A DNA stretch of 64,000 nucleotides from positions 16,957 to 80,956 of the forward strand of contig JAWOBF010000043.1 of assembly GCA_046498225.1 (NCBI GenBank), read 5' to 3'. The translations under genes were made by a program, and so were the position numbers. The DNA comes from Candidatus Aegiribacteria sp. (GTDB taxonomy: Bacteria > Fermentibacterota > Fermentibacteria > Fermentibacterales > JCC-6). Numbering within the stretch: the stretch's first letter is position 1; each line of letters opens with the position of its first letter. Shown here in pieces: positions 55,676 through 64,000 of the stretch. Under the pieces are notes generated by a model, which worked only from the letters and a program-made list of their open reading frames with translations, was not told the origin of the DNA and searched no databases.

Positions 55676-57027
55676 CTCACCCTGAAGGGGAGGTCGAGTT
55701 CTTCCGCGAGCTTTCCGACCGCGTCCATGTCCACTCCGGGGTACCTGACCGCCGTTGCCCTGATCCCCACACGTCCCCCGGCCAGTTCAAGGAATTCCAT
55801 CAGGCTTTCCCACGCGCCGCGGCCGGAGGGCCTGCATATCCTGTCGTATTCCTCCATGGAGGAGGCGTTCAGGCTGACGCTGACCGTGTGGAAAGGCTCC
55901 AGCATCCTCAGGGTCTCCCGGCGGGACAGCCTCTGAAGGCAGGTTCCATTGGTGTTCAGCCGCACCCTGTACCCTTTTCCGGCCGCGGAGCGGGCAAGCT
56001 CTTCCAGCAGGAGGTGCCTCATGGTTGGTTCCCCGTACCCGCAGAAAACCAGCTCCCGTCCCGACCCGGGCGGAAGAAAGCCGACCAGCGCCCTGAGCCT
56101 GTCCGGGTCGGGCTCGTGATGATGCCTCAGGTAGTAACCCCCCAGTCCGTCGGTCCTGTCGCGGATGCAGAACCTGCAGTGATTGGAGCAGAGGCCGGTT
56201 ATGTTCAGGTAGAGGTTACCGTACAGTTCGTAGATGAGATCGGTCCTTCGAGGGTCTTCCAGCTGAAAGGCCCGCATGGAGTTCCGCATGAGGATCCGCG
56301 CAGTCTCATCCAGATCCTGTTCCAGCACTTCGGAAAGGGTCTCGGCCACGTGGACCAGGTATGCCGGTTCGTTCCTGCGCCCCCTTACCGGCTCCGGGGA
56401 AAGGAAGGGTGAATCGGTCTCTATCAGTATCCTGTCCCGCGGTAGAGCCGCGGCCAGCTCTCTCAGCCTTCCGTTGGCCCTGTATGTAATCGGGCCGGTG
56501 AAACCTATGTAGAATCCTCTTTCCGCGGCCCTGAGAGCATGTTCCGAAGGGCCGGTGTAGCAGTGCATTATCACGGGGACGGAGGGTTCCCCGCCCAGAA
56601 CTTCCAGAACCTCGGCCTCAGCGCTCCGCGAATGCACCACCAGGGTAAGGCCGAATGCCCCGGCCATTCGGACATGTTCGGCGAAACATTCCCTCTGCCG
56701 TTTTTCGGCTGATCTGTCACGGTACAGGTCCATGCCGGTCTCACCCACGGCTACCACACCAGGGGATACCAGCATTCCGGTTAACTTCCCCATTTCTTCG
56801 GCCCAGCCTTCGCCGCAGTGGCCCGGATGGATACCGGCGGCGGCGAAGATACCGCTTCGCACATCGGCCATGGCCTCCGCCAACCTGCTTGTGTCCAGGG
56901 TAATGCCCGGGATCATGAAACGGTTGACCCCGGATCTCCTGGCCGAGTCCATGACCCGGTCCGGGTCATCGTCGAACCGGTTGTGGAACAGGTGGCAGTG
57001 AGTGTCGAAAAGCCCTACGTTCTCCAG
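55672..57027 (-). CDS. fusion protein: TatD-family metal-dependent hydrolase (N) + TatD-associated radical SAM domain (C)
   Basis: N-terminal part has the TatD His/Asp/Glu pattern (HCHL..., HSRS, HCYTG, DSPFL). The C-terminal part has CSNHCRFC (CX3CX2C) and FCGYGEP. The ORF-track start at 57165 overlaps purA by 150 nt, so the real start is near 57027; that codon is CTG, no canonical start, so the start is unresolved. Confidence 0.6.
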   Translation of the reverse strand: MENVGLFDTHCHLFHNRFDDDPDRVMDSARRSGVNRFMIPGITLDTSRLAEAMADVRSGIFAAAGIHPGHCGEGWAEEMGKLTGMLVSPGVVAVGETGMDLYRDRSAEKRQRECFAEHVRMAGAFGLTLVVHSRSAEAEVLEVLGGEPSVPVIMHCYTGPSEHALRAAERGFYIGFTGPITYRANGRLRELAAALPRDRILIETDSPFLSPEPVRGRRNEPAYLVHVAETLSEVLEQDLDETARILMRNSMRAFQLEDPRRTDLIYELYGNLYLNITGLCSNHCRFCIRDRTDGLGGYYLRHHHEPDPDRLRALVGFLPPGSGRELVFCGYGEPTMRHLLLEELARSAAGKGYRVRLNTNGTCLQRLSRRETLRMLEPFHTVSVSLNASSMEEYDRICRPSGRGAWESLMEFLELAGGRVGIRATAVRYPGVDMDAVGKLAEELDLPFRVR

Positions 57028-58289
57028 ATCAGATCCTCTCTCGCGGGTCCTGTGGAGACGGCCCTGACCGGTACCCCCATGATGTTCTCTATGAAGAGCA
57101 CGTAGCTCCTGGCATTCTCCGGCAGGGCGTTCCAGCTGCGCTCCCCGGTGATATCCTCGGTCCACCCGGGAAGGGTCTCGTACACCGGAATGTGCTTGCC
57201 CAGTCTGGCCCCTGTTTCGAAAAGGTTGAGGTCTATCTCCGGATCAAGCTCGTACTTCTTGCACACTTTCAGCTCCGGAAAACCGCTGAGCACGTCAAGC
57301 AGGGTGAGAACCGTCCAGGAGCTTCCGTTTATTCTTGCGGCATAGCTGGCGAGCACCGCGTCGAACCATCCGCATCGCCGCGGTCTTCCCGTGGTGGCGC
57401 CGTACTCGTTGCCCCGCTCCCTCATCATGTCCCCGATATCCCCGGTGAGCTCCGTGGGAAAGGGACCGTTCCCCACCCTGGTGGTGTAGGCTTTCATGAT
57501 GCCCACCACCTCGTCGATCATCAGAGGACCTATGCCCAGGCTCACGCAGGCGGCACCGGAAACGCAGGACCCGCAGGTAACGAACGGGTAGGTCCCGTGG
57601 TCGGGATCCAGCAGGGTCCCCTGGGCTCCCTCGGCGATGACGGTGCCGTCGGAATCGAGTATCCTGGATATCACCATTGACACGTCGCTGGCCCTGGTCA
57701 CCAGCTCCAGTGAACGGTCCTGGAAGACCTCCGCCTCGTCCCTGAGAGCTCGGGCTTCGCCCTCCTCCAGCTCCAGGTCCCGGATGCACTCCTCCGTCAT
57801 TCCGGATGACCTTTCGATGAAGATTTCCGGTACCGCGGCGTCCTCCAGCCTCAGTCCCGTTCGGGCGAACTTCCGCACGTAGGTGGGTCCGATGCCACGG
57901 CCGGTAGTGCCCACCGGGGAGTCTCCGAGTTCCCTCTCGCCGGCCCTCTCCCGGTATCTCGCCGCGGGATGCACCAGGTGGACTTTCCCGGAGATGATGA
58001 GCCGGTCGGACACCTCGAAACCCTCCTCCTCCAGCCCTCCCATCTCTTCGCGCAGGGAGACCGGGTCAAGGACGCACGAGGCTCCGATGATGCCCAGCAC
58101 TCCCGGGCGGAGGAGACCGCTGGGAAGCTGATGAAGCGCTATCCTTCGGCCGCCGGTCTCCACCGTATGACCGGCGTTGGCCCCGCCTGAGAATCTGGCC
58201 ACCGCCGCGGCGTTCTCCGCCAGATGGTCCACCATCTTGCCCTTGCCCTCGTCGCCCCACTGAAGCCCTGTTACTACGGTTGCCGGCAT
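57015..58289 (-). CDS. purA: adenylosuccinate synthetase
   Basis: QWGDEGKGK P-loop, GGANAGHTV, TTGRGIGP. Confidence 0.9.
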   Translation of the reverse strand: MPATVVTGLQWGDEGKGKMVDHLAENAAAVARFSGGANAGHTVETGGRRIALHQLPSGLLRPGVLGIIGASCVLDPVSLREEMGGLEEEGFEVSDRLIISGKVHLVHPAARYRERAGERELGDSPVGTTGRGIGPTYVRKFARTGLRLEDAAVPEIFIERSSGMTEECIRDLELEEGEARALRDEAEVFQDRSLELVTRASDVSMVISRILDSDGTVIAEGAQGTLLDPDHGTYPFVTCGSCVSGAACVSLGIGPLMIDEVVGIMKAYTTRVGNGPFPTELTGDIGDMMRERGNEYGATTGRPRRCGWFDAVLASYAARINGSSWTVLTLLDVLSGFPELKVCKKYELDPEIDLNLFETGARLGKHIPVYETLPGWTEDITGERSWNALPENARSYVLFIENIMGVPVRAVSTGPAREDLIWRT

Positions 58290-58317
58290 GTCATCCCTTT
58301 CGTATGTCCGGCGGATC

Positions 58318-58884
58318 TCACGTCGCCGCCTGGAATATCCATTTCCTCAGCTCCCGGAGTCCCTGCCCGGAAACCGATGATACCGGTATGACCGGCCCCA
58401 TATCCTGTGCCTTCCGGGCGGATGACGCAAGCTTGCCTCTCTTCAGCTTGTCGGCTTTGGTAAGCGCTATGATATACGGCCTGCCCCTCTCCCTGAGGAA
58501 ATCGCTCATCTGAACGTCGCTGGGCAGGCAGGGATGCCTGGCGTCCGCCAGCAGTATCACTCCTCTAAGGGGCACTCTCTCCATGAGGTATTCCGCTATC
58601 CAGCCGACCCAGCGGTCCCTTTCCTTCTCGGGAGCCTTTGCGTACCCATAGCCCGGCAGGTCCACGAAATAGAAGCCGCCGGCGACGGAATAGAGGTTCA
58701 GGAACTGGGTGCAGCCGGGTCTTGCGCTGGTCCTGGCCACCTGACGGCTTCCGGCCAGACTGTTGAGCAGGGAGGACTTCCCCACGTTGGACCTGCCCGC
58801 CAGGCAGATCTCGGGAAGACCGTCCGCGGGAAGGTGGTCCGGCCCGGGACAGCTTCTGACGAAACTTATGTCCAGGGACGGCAT
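58318..58884 (-). CDS. engB: ribosome biogenesis GTPase YsxC/EngB
   Basis: GRSNVGKSSLLN G1, DLPGYG G3, TKADK G4. Confidence 0.85.
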   Translation of the reverse strand: MPSLDISFVRSCPGPDHLPADGLPEICLAGRSNVGKSSLLNSLAGSRQVARTSARPGCTQFLNLYSVAGGFYFVDLPGYGYAKAPEKERDRWVGWIAEYLMERVPLRGVILLADARHPCLPSDVQMSDFLRERGRPYIIALTKADKLKRGKLASSARKAQDMGPVIPVSSVSGQGLRELRKWIFQAAT

Positions 58885-58896
58885 CAGGCGACCATA

Positions 58897-60147
58897 TCAG
58901 CCGGCTCTGCCCGATTCTTTCTTTCCGGACTTCACGACCACCGGTTTGGCCTGACCCCTTACCACTTCCGGTGAAATGATCAGTTTTCTCACGTCGGTCA
59001 GTCCCGGCAGGTCGTACATGGGTTCGAGCAGGACGTTCTCGATAACCGAGCGAAGTCCCCTGGCGCCGCTTCCCGCTTCCCGGGCCTTTTGCGCTATCTC
59101 CTCCAGGGCTCCCTCCGCGAACTCCAGCTCAACGTCCTCCAGTTCGAAGAGGTACTGGTACTGGCGCACCAGAGCGTTCCTGGGCTGTGTCAGGACCTTC
59201 ACCAGATCCTCCGTGTCGAGGTCGTCCAGCGCCACCAGCACCGGAAGTCTTCCCACCAGCTCAGGCACCAGACCGTACTTGACCAGGTCGTGCGATTCCA
59301 CCCGGGCCAGAATGCCCGCGGAATCGGCGGCCACGGGTCCGGGGTCCGGGCTGAAGCCCATCGCGTTCTTCTTCACGCGCCTCTCGACAATGCTGTTCAG
59401 CCCGTTGAAAGCGCCTCCGCATATGAAAAGGATGTTCCCGGTATCGATGAGGATGTTGTCCTGATAGGGATGCTTTCTGCCTCCCTGGGGGGGGACGCTG
59501 GCAACGGTGCCCTCGATTATCTTGAGAAGCGCCTGCTGTACGCCCTCGCCGGAAACGTCACGGGTGATGGAGGGGTTCTCCGATTTCCTTGATATCTTGT
59601 CTATCTCGTCGATGTAGATAATGCCCTGCTGAGCAGTTGGAACGTCCATGTCCGTGACCTGCAGAAGGCGCAGGAGGATGTTCTCCACGTCCTCTCCCAC
59701 GTATCCCGCCTCTGTCAGTGTGGTGGCGTCCGCTATGGCGAACGGCACGTCCAGTATCCTGGCCAGGGTCCGCGCCAGAAGGGTCTTTCCAACCCCGGTG
59801 GGTCCGAGGAGCAGGATGTTGCTCTTCTCCAGCTCCACGTCCCCCGCGTCCCTGGATGACCTGAGACGCTTGTAGTGATTGTAGACAGCCACCGAAAGGA
59901 CTTTCTTGGCCAGCTCCTGCCCCACCACGTAATCATCCAGCCGCAGTTTTATCTCGGCCGGCGTGGGCAGGTCCTCCCTGAGCAGCTCGGGAACCTCCAT
60001 CATCTGTTCCGACTCCAGGTCCACCAGTTCGCTGCAGTACCTTATGCACTCGTCGCAGATGTGTACTCCCGGTCCCTGTATCAGCTGGTTGACCTCACCT
60101 ATCGGTCTTCCGCAGAAAGAACACTTCTTCTCTTTACCCATATCCAA
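58897..60147 (-). CDS. clpX: ATP-dependent Clp protease ATP-binding subunit ClpX
   Basis: N-terminal C4 zinc finger CSFCG...[12 protein letters not shown] Walker [10 protein letters not shown] Walker B. Confidence 0.95.
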   Translation of the reverse strand: MDMGKEKKCSFCGRPIGEVNQLIQGPGVHICDECIRYCSELVDLESEQMMEVPELLREDLPTPAEIKLRLDDYVVGQELAKKVLSVAVYNHYKRLRSSRDAGDVELEKSNILLLGPTGVGKTLLARTLARILDVPFAIADATTLTEAGYVGEDVENILLRLLQVTDMDVPTAQQGIIYIDEIDKISRKSENPSITRDVSGEGVQQALLKIIEGTVASVPPQGGRKHPYQDNILIDTGNILFICGGAFNGLNSIVERRVKKNAMGFSPDPGPVAADSAGILARVESHDLVKYGLVPELVGRLPVLVALDDLDTEDLVKVLTQPRNALVRQYQYLFELEDVELEFAEGALEEIAQKAREAGSGARGLRSVIENVLLEPMYDLPGLTDVRKLIISPEVVRGQAKPVVVKSGKKESGRAG

Positions 60148-60152
60148 TCCCG

Positions 60153-60737
60153 TCAGCTCCTCGAGGACAGAACGTTATCCACGATACCGTACTCCACGGC
60201 CTCCTGAGCGTCCATCCAGTAGTTCCTGTCGGAGTCCTTCTCTATTCTATCGAGGGGCTGTCCCGTGTGCCTTGAGAGGATCTCGTTCAGCTTCTCCCTC
60301 AATTTCAGTATCTCCCGGGCCTGTATCTCTATATCACTGGCCTGTCCCTGGGCTCCGCCCATGGGCTGGTGTATCATCACCCTGGCGTGGGGAAGTATGT
60401 TCCTCTTCCCCTTCTCACCTGCCGCCAGAAGAACCGCCGCCATGCTGGCCGCCGTGCCCATGCAGAATGTTGCGATAGGAGGCTTTATGAACTGCATGGT
60501 ATCGTATATGGCCAGTCCGGAGGAGATTATTCCACCGGGGCTGCTGATGTACATGTTTATGTCCTTCTTGGAATCCTCCCCCTCCAGGAACAGCAGCTGG
60601 GCGACTATCAGGCTGGCCGACTGGCTGCCGAGGGAATCTCCCACGAAGATTATCCGCTCCTTGAGAAGACGGGAATAGATGTCGTAGGACCTCTCCCTGT
60701 TGCCTTCCCGCTCCACCACAAATGGTACGAATGACAT
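60153..60737 (-). CDS. clpP: ATP-dependent Clp protease proteolytic subunit
   Basis: Ser-His-Asp triad context [18 protein letters not shown]. Confidence 0.95.
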   Translation of the reverse strand: MSFVPFVVEREGNRERSYDIYSRLLKERIIFVGDSLGSQSASLIVAQLLFLEGEDSKKDINMYISSPGGIISSGLAIYDTMQFIKPPIATFCMGTAASMAAVLLAAGEKGKRNILPHARVMIHQPMGGAQGQASDIEIQAREILKLREKLNEILSRHTGQPLDRIEKDSDRNYWMDAQEAVEYGIVDNVLSSRS

Positions 60738-62014
60738 CAGCTTCCTTCCTCCCCGGCGACGTCTTCGCCGGCGCCGGTTTCGCCTTCCTCAACAAGGACC
60801 CATCGCCATGACGCCCCGGGCTTGTCCGAAGTCTCGGCTTCCCCGTCGCTCTTTTCGGGTTCCTTCTCAGTAATATCGGCCCTCTCGATAATTAGTTCCA
60901 GGGCCCTGGCGTTCCTGAGCCTGTCAAGGACGGACGATTTGGATTCCTCGGGACCCATCTCCTCCTCCACCTCTTCGGGGGAGACCTGAATGCCCTCCTT
61001 CCCGGCCACCGCCCTGAGTATGAGGAATTCCCTCACCTTGTCCTCCGCTATCTCCTCCGCGGCGCTGACGGTCGCATCCTCCGGGCTCTCCTCTCCCAGT
61101 CTGTGGAGGTAATCCCTCTTGAGGTTGTTCACCATGTAGGCCGGGGGATCGAAGGGGTTGCTTTTCAGAAGGCTGTCCAGCACGGTCCTTTCCTTCAGGT
61201 AGTTGACCTCCTGCTCGTAACGGGCCTTGACGCTCTCCTCCACCCTGTTCCGGAGTTCCTCCATGTTCTCCACGCCTGCGGCCTTCTCGGCGAATTCATC
61301 GTCGAGTTCGGGCAGCACCGGCCGCCTTACCTCCGTCACCAGGAAAGAGTGCACGGGGTTCCGCTTCTCGTCCGGGTCATCGCTTTCCATCCTGGCGGAG
61401 AACCGGTACCCCGGCTCCACTCCCGTAACCAGGAGGTCGAACCCCTCACCAATATGGGAATCGCCTATCCTGACGCTGAAAACCTGGGGGTCGCCACCCT
61501 CCTCGGCGGGGTCCGCCTCCAGCATCACGAGGTCGCCCTCCTCCGCAGGCCTGTCCACCTGCTCGAAGCTCACCATCTTCTCCCGGAAGGACTCGATGGT
61601 CCTGTCCACGGCATCCTCCAGCTCCAGGGGGGGAATCTCTACGGTTATTCCGTCGGTTCCGGAAGGCTCGGGTGTCTCGAACAGGGAGAAGGTCATCTCA
61701 AAGGAGTAGGGACTTCCCTCTGCAGGCATCCGGACCTCGTTCTCATGGTCGGTGTCGTCCAGTATCCAGTCCTGTTCCTCGAGGAGGCTACTGGTCAATT
61801 CCTGCCTCACCGTGTCGGCCACCTCGGCCTTGATGATGTTACCGTACTGCCTGTCTATAATGGATTTAGGCACCTTGCCGGGCCTGAACCCCGGCAGATC
61901 CAGGTCCCTGGATATCTGTTTTCTGACTTTTCCGAACAGCTCGTTTATGCGTTCGGCTGTCTCGGTGAAGCGCACCGTTCTTACGTTTCCCTCTGACTTG
62001 ACGATATCATGCAT
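60737..62014 (-). CDS. tig: trigger factor
   Basis: Conserved position upstream of clpPX; ribosome-binding GFRPGKVP motif. Confidence 0.85.
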   Translation of the reverse strand: MHDIVKSEGNVRTVRFTETAERINELFGKVRKQISRDLDLPGFRPGKVPKSIIDRQYGNIIKAEVADTVRQELTSSLLEEQDWILDDTDHENEVRMPAEGSPYSFEMTFSLFETPEPSGTDGITVEIPPLELEDAVDRTIESFREKMVSFEQVDRPAEEGDLVMLEADPAEEGGDPQVFSVRIGDSHIGEGFDLLVTGVEPGYRFSARMESDDPDEKRNPVHSFLVTEVRRPVLPELDDEFAEKAAGVENMEELRNRVEESVKARYEQEVNYLKERTVLDSLLKSNPFDPPAYMVNNLKRDYLHRLGEESPEDATVSAAEEIAEDKVREFLILRAVAGKEGIQVSPEEVEEEMGPEESKSSVLDRLRNARALELIIERADITEKEPEKSDGEAETSDKPGASWRWVLVEEGETGAGEDVAGEEGS

Positions 62015-62043
62015 GTGAGATTCTTTCCATTGTTCGTTCGAAA

Positions 62044-62129
62044 TGGTGCGAGAGGGGGGACTTGAACCCCCACAAGCATGGCTTACCAGATCCTAAATCT
62101 GGCGCGTCTGCCAATTCCGCCACTCCCGC
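62044..62129 (-). tRNA. tRNA-Leu (anticodon UAG), CCA encoded
   Basis: RC: GCGGGAGUGGCGGAAUUGGCAGACGCGCCAGAUUUAGGAUCUGG...GGGGGUUCAAGUCCCCCCUCUCGCACCA. Confidence 0.9.
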
Positions 62130-62202
62130 AGCGCGCGCTGTCCATAATCGGGAAATATGCTTCAGCGAACCGTTTCCGTCAAAGCCGGGCCGGATGAGCC
62201 TC

Positions 62203-62877
62203 TCAGTCCTGAAGCTCCCTGACCAGGGCCGCCTCATCGCTCCCGGGGTAGCGGTTCAGCAGCAGGTCGTAAAGCCGCTCCTTCTCACCCCGCGCCCCGT
62301 GGGCGCCGTATATGTCGGCGGCCCTGAACAGCGCTCCAGGGGCCCATTCCGAGTCCGGATACATGTAATAGAGCGCCACCAGGTCCTCTATGGCCCTGTG
62401 GGAAGACCCGGATTCCTCCCAGCAGATGGCCATGTAGTAGAGGGCGTCATCAGCCAGCGACGAGGAGGGATATCGGTCATGAAGCTCCAGGAATCCCTGG
62501 GCGGCTATATCGAAACTGCCCTGCTGGAACTGCCTGTAAGCCTCATCGAAAATGAGCTGTGCGTCAGGGCCGGCGGTTGTGTCCTGCACCGAAACGCCAC
62601 CGCCCCTGTTCATTCTTGTCAGGGCCAGGTCCAGCTCGTCCGCCAGGGCGGACAGTCTTTCCAGCAGTTCGGCGGTTCTGCTTCCGGACTGGGCCTGCAT
62701 GCCGCGGAGAAGGCTCTCGTTCTCTTCCGCGGCGGCTGCGAGGTCCAGCAGTTCCTGCCGGATATCCTGCTGGTCGGCCCGAATGTCCTCTATCTCCCGG
62801 GGAGTGCGGACCCAGATGCCGAAGCACCCGGTAAACAGAAGAAATGCGGCGATCGACAGTATTGACAGCCTGAGCAT
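62203..62877 (-). CDS. cpoB: Tol-Pal system protein YbgF/CpoB (coiled coil + TPR)
   Basis: Signal/lipobox FTGC, coiled-coil N half, C-terminal TPR (YYMAICWEE...ALYYMY...LLLNRYPGS); downstream of pal. Confidence 0.65.
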   Translation of the reverse strand: MLRLSILSIAAFLLFTGCFGIWVRTPREIEDIRADQQDIRQELLDLAAAAEENESLLRGMQAQSGSRTAELLERLSALADELDLALTRMNRGGGVSVQDTTAGPDAQLIFDEAYRQFQQGSFDIAAQGFLELHDRYPSSSLADDALYYMAICWEESGSSHRAIEDLVALYYMYPDSEWAPGALFRAADIYGAHGARGEKERLYDLLLNRYPGSDEAALVRELQD

Positions 62878-62879
62878 GT

Positions 62880-63422
62880 TCAGTTCCCGGGAAGAACTCT
62901 GAAATGGGCTCTTCTGTTGCGTGCCCAGGCCTGTTCGTTATGCCCGGGGTCGAAGGGTCGTTCCTTGCCGTAGCTCACGTACTCCAGACGGCTGCGGTCC
63001 ACGCCGTAGTTCACCAGGTACTCGTAGGCTGCAAGAGCCCTCTTCTCCCCCAGCGAGAGGTTGTAATCTATCGTTCCCCTCTCGTCGCAGTGGCCCTCTA
63101 TCAGTACCCTGTAGCCATCGGTGTCCATGATGTAGGAGGCGTTCTCCGAAAGGACCTCCAGCGCCTCCGAAGAGAGCTGGTGGCTGTCGTATTGGAAGAA
63201 CACGTCCTCCAGGTTCTCCTGGTGGACCGTCATCATCTCGGTGAAGGCGGAAAGGGTGTCGGATTCCCACACTCCATCCAGCGTGTCCGGAAATTCCTGC
63301 ACAACCACCGTGGTCGTGTCGGTGCCGTCGGGGACGGTCTCGTCCGGTCGGCATCCGGCGAAAGAGCCCAGGCCGGCCACTACAACCACCGCGGCGATGA
63401 ACGATGCATATCCTCTTTTCAC
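62880..63422 (-). CDS. pal: peptidoglycan-associated lipoprotein (OmpA-like domain)
   Basis: Lipobox GSFAGC; OmpA_C motifs FQYDSHQL, LIEGHCDERGT, YNLSLGEKRA. Confidence 0.85.
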   Translation of the reverse strand: MKRGYASFIAAVVVVAGLGSFAGCRPDETVPDGTDTTTVVVQEFPDTLDGVWESDTLSAFTEMMTVHQENLEDVFFQYDSHQLSSEALEVLSENASYIMDTDGYRVLIEGHCDERGTIDYNLSLGEKRALAAYEYLVNYGVDRSRLEYVSYGKERPFDPGHNEQAWARNRRAHFRVLPGN

Positions 63423-63456
63423 TGTATTCTCCTTCTGGAAAAAGATCGAAGCCGGT

Positions 63457-64000
63457 TCATTTGAATCCCAGGGGCGACCAGGCCGGACAGTAGTTCTCCC
63501 CTCCCCCGGATACCTTTCTCACTGTCAGTCCGTTCAGTTCTATCATGTATACACCCCGCCCGCCGTCCATGTCGCTGCTGAAGGCGATGTGCCTGCCGGT
63601 GGGTCCCCAGACGGGATCCTCGTTCAGGGTCCCGTCGAAGGTAAGCTGACGGACATTGGAGCCGTCAGCGTCCATGACGAATATGTGAAAATCCCTTCCG
63701 GACCGGGCGGCATAGGCTATCCTGTCCCCGTCCGGCGACCAGGCGGGGCTGTCGCAGTAACCGTGCGAAGCGGTAATTCTCCTGGCGGTCCCGCCGGAGC
63801 TGTCCATCACGTAAAGCTGGGGATAACCTATCCTGTCGCTGGTGAAGACTATCTGTCTGCCGGTGGGCGAGAAGCTGGGGGAGGTCTCGATGGATTCTCT
63901 GAGGGTGAGCCTGGTGGTCTGCGAAGTTCCGGTATCGAGCAGGTATATGTCCGAATTCCCGCCGCGGGACATGGTCAGGGCGATGGAGCCGCCGTCCGGC
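63457..64000 (-). CDS. tolB: Tol-Pal system beta-propeller protein TolB (C-terminal part; N-terminus beyond window end)
   Basis: Repeated DxSPAWSPDG / SPSFSPTG blades. Confidence 0.85.
   Translation of the reverse strand, partial: PDGGSIALTMSRGGNSDIYLLDTGTSQTTRLTLRESIETSPSFSPTGRQIVFTSDRIGYPQLYVMDSSGGTARRITASHGYCDSPAWSPDGDRIAYAARSGRDFHIFVMDADGSNVRQLTFDGTLNEDPVWGPTGRHIAFSSDMDGGRGVYMIELNGLTVRKVSGGGENYCPAWSPLGFK

Noticed and set aside
57028-57165. In-frame ATG start of the TatD-rSAM ORF at 57165
   Set aside because: Would overlap purA by 150 nt and encodes an Arg/His-rich non-conserved extension; retained only as a note because no canonical start exists downstream
1-64000. CRISPR arrays, rRNA, insertion sequences, integrases, phage genes
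   Set aside because: No regularly spaced repeat-spacer array, no transposase/integrase-like ORFs and no rRNA-like conserved stretches seen; the tRNA-bracketed cassette at 8.3-10.4 kb lacks any recombinase

Overview
This is a high-GC (about 62%) bacterial chromosomal segment with no rRNA, CRISPR array or recognisable mobile element. It is densely packed with housekeeping genes, almost all on the minus strand.

Identified operons and RNA genes, in window order:
- rplM (5' part, start of window)
- recA-recX
- thpR-pncC-pgpA-pgsA
- recR-ybaB-dnaX, with a long-form (Alu-domain) SRP RNA upstream of dnaX
- four tRNAs: Ala-CGC, Ser-GGA, Ser-TGA, Leu-TAG
- maf-dtd
- a subtilisin-like S8 protease carrying a type-IX-secretion (T9SS) C-terminal sorting domain
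- the yceD-rpmF-plsX-fabH-fabG-acpP-fabF-rnc cluster, which has no fabD, followed by acd-etfB-etfA (etfA fused to a ferredoxin domain)
- a phosphohexomutase, a C-terminal processing protease (ctpA-like) and tmk
- a myo-inositol-1-phosphate synthase with a CDP-alcohol phosphatidyltransferase (putative inositol phospholipid module)
- rsmI, gmhA, rfbD
- rsmA/ksgA, a TatD::radical-SAM fusion, purA, engB
- clpX-clpP-tig, then cpoB-pal-tolB at the window end

The most unusual region is an envelope locus at about 39.7-46.9 kb. It holds a 5'-nucleotidase, two PorV/PorQ-like outer-membrane beta-barrels, a large beta-barrel with two N-terminal ComEA-like helix-hairpin-helix motifs, and a secreted OB-fold/DUF5689-like protein with a T9SS C-terminal domain.

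Other notable points are a TPR/poly-acidic tandem-repeat protein bracketed by two tRNAs, a paralogous lipoprotein pair, and a degenerate PP2C-like gene.

All calls rest on reading the translated ORFs and the sequence by eye. No database search was run.
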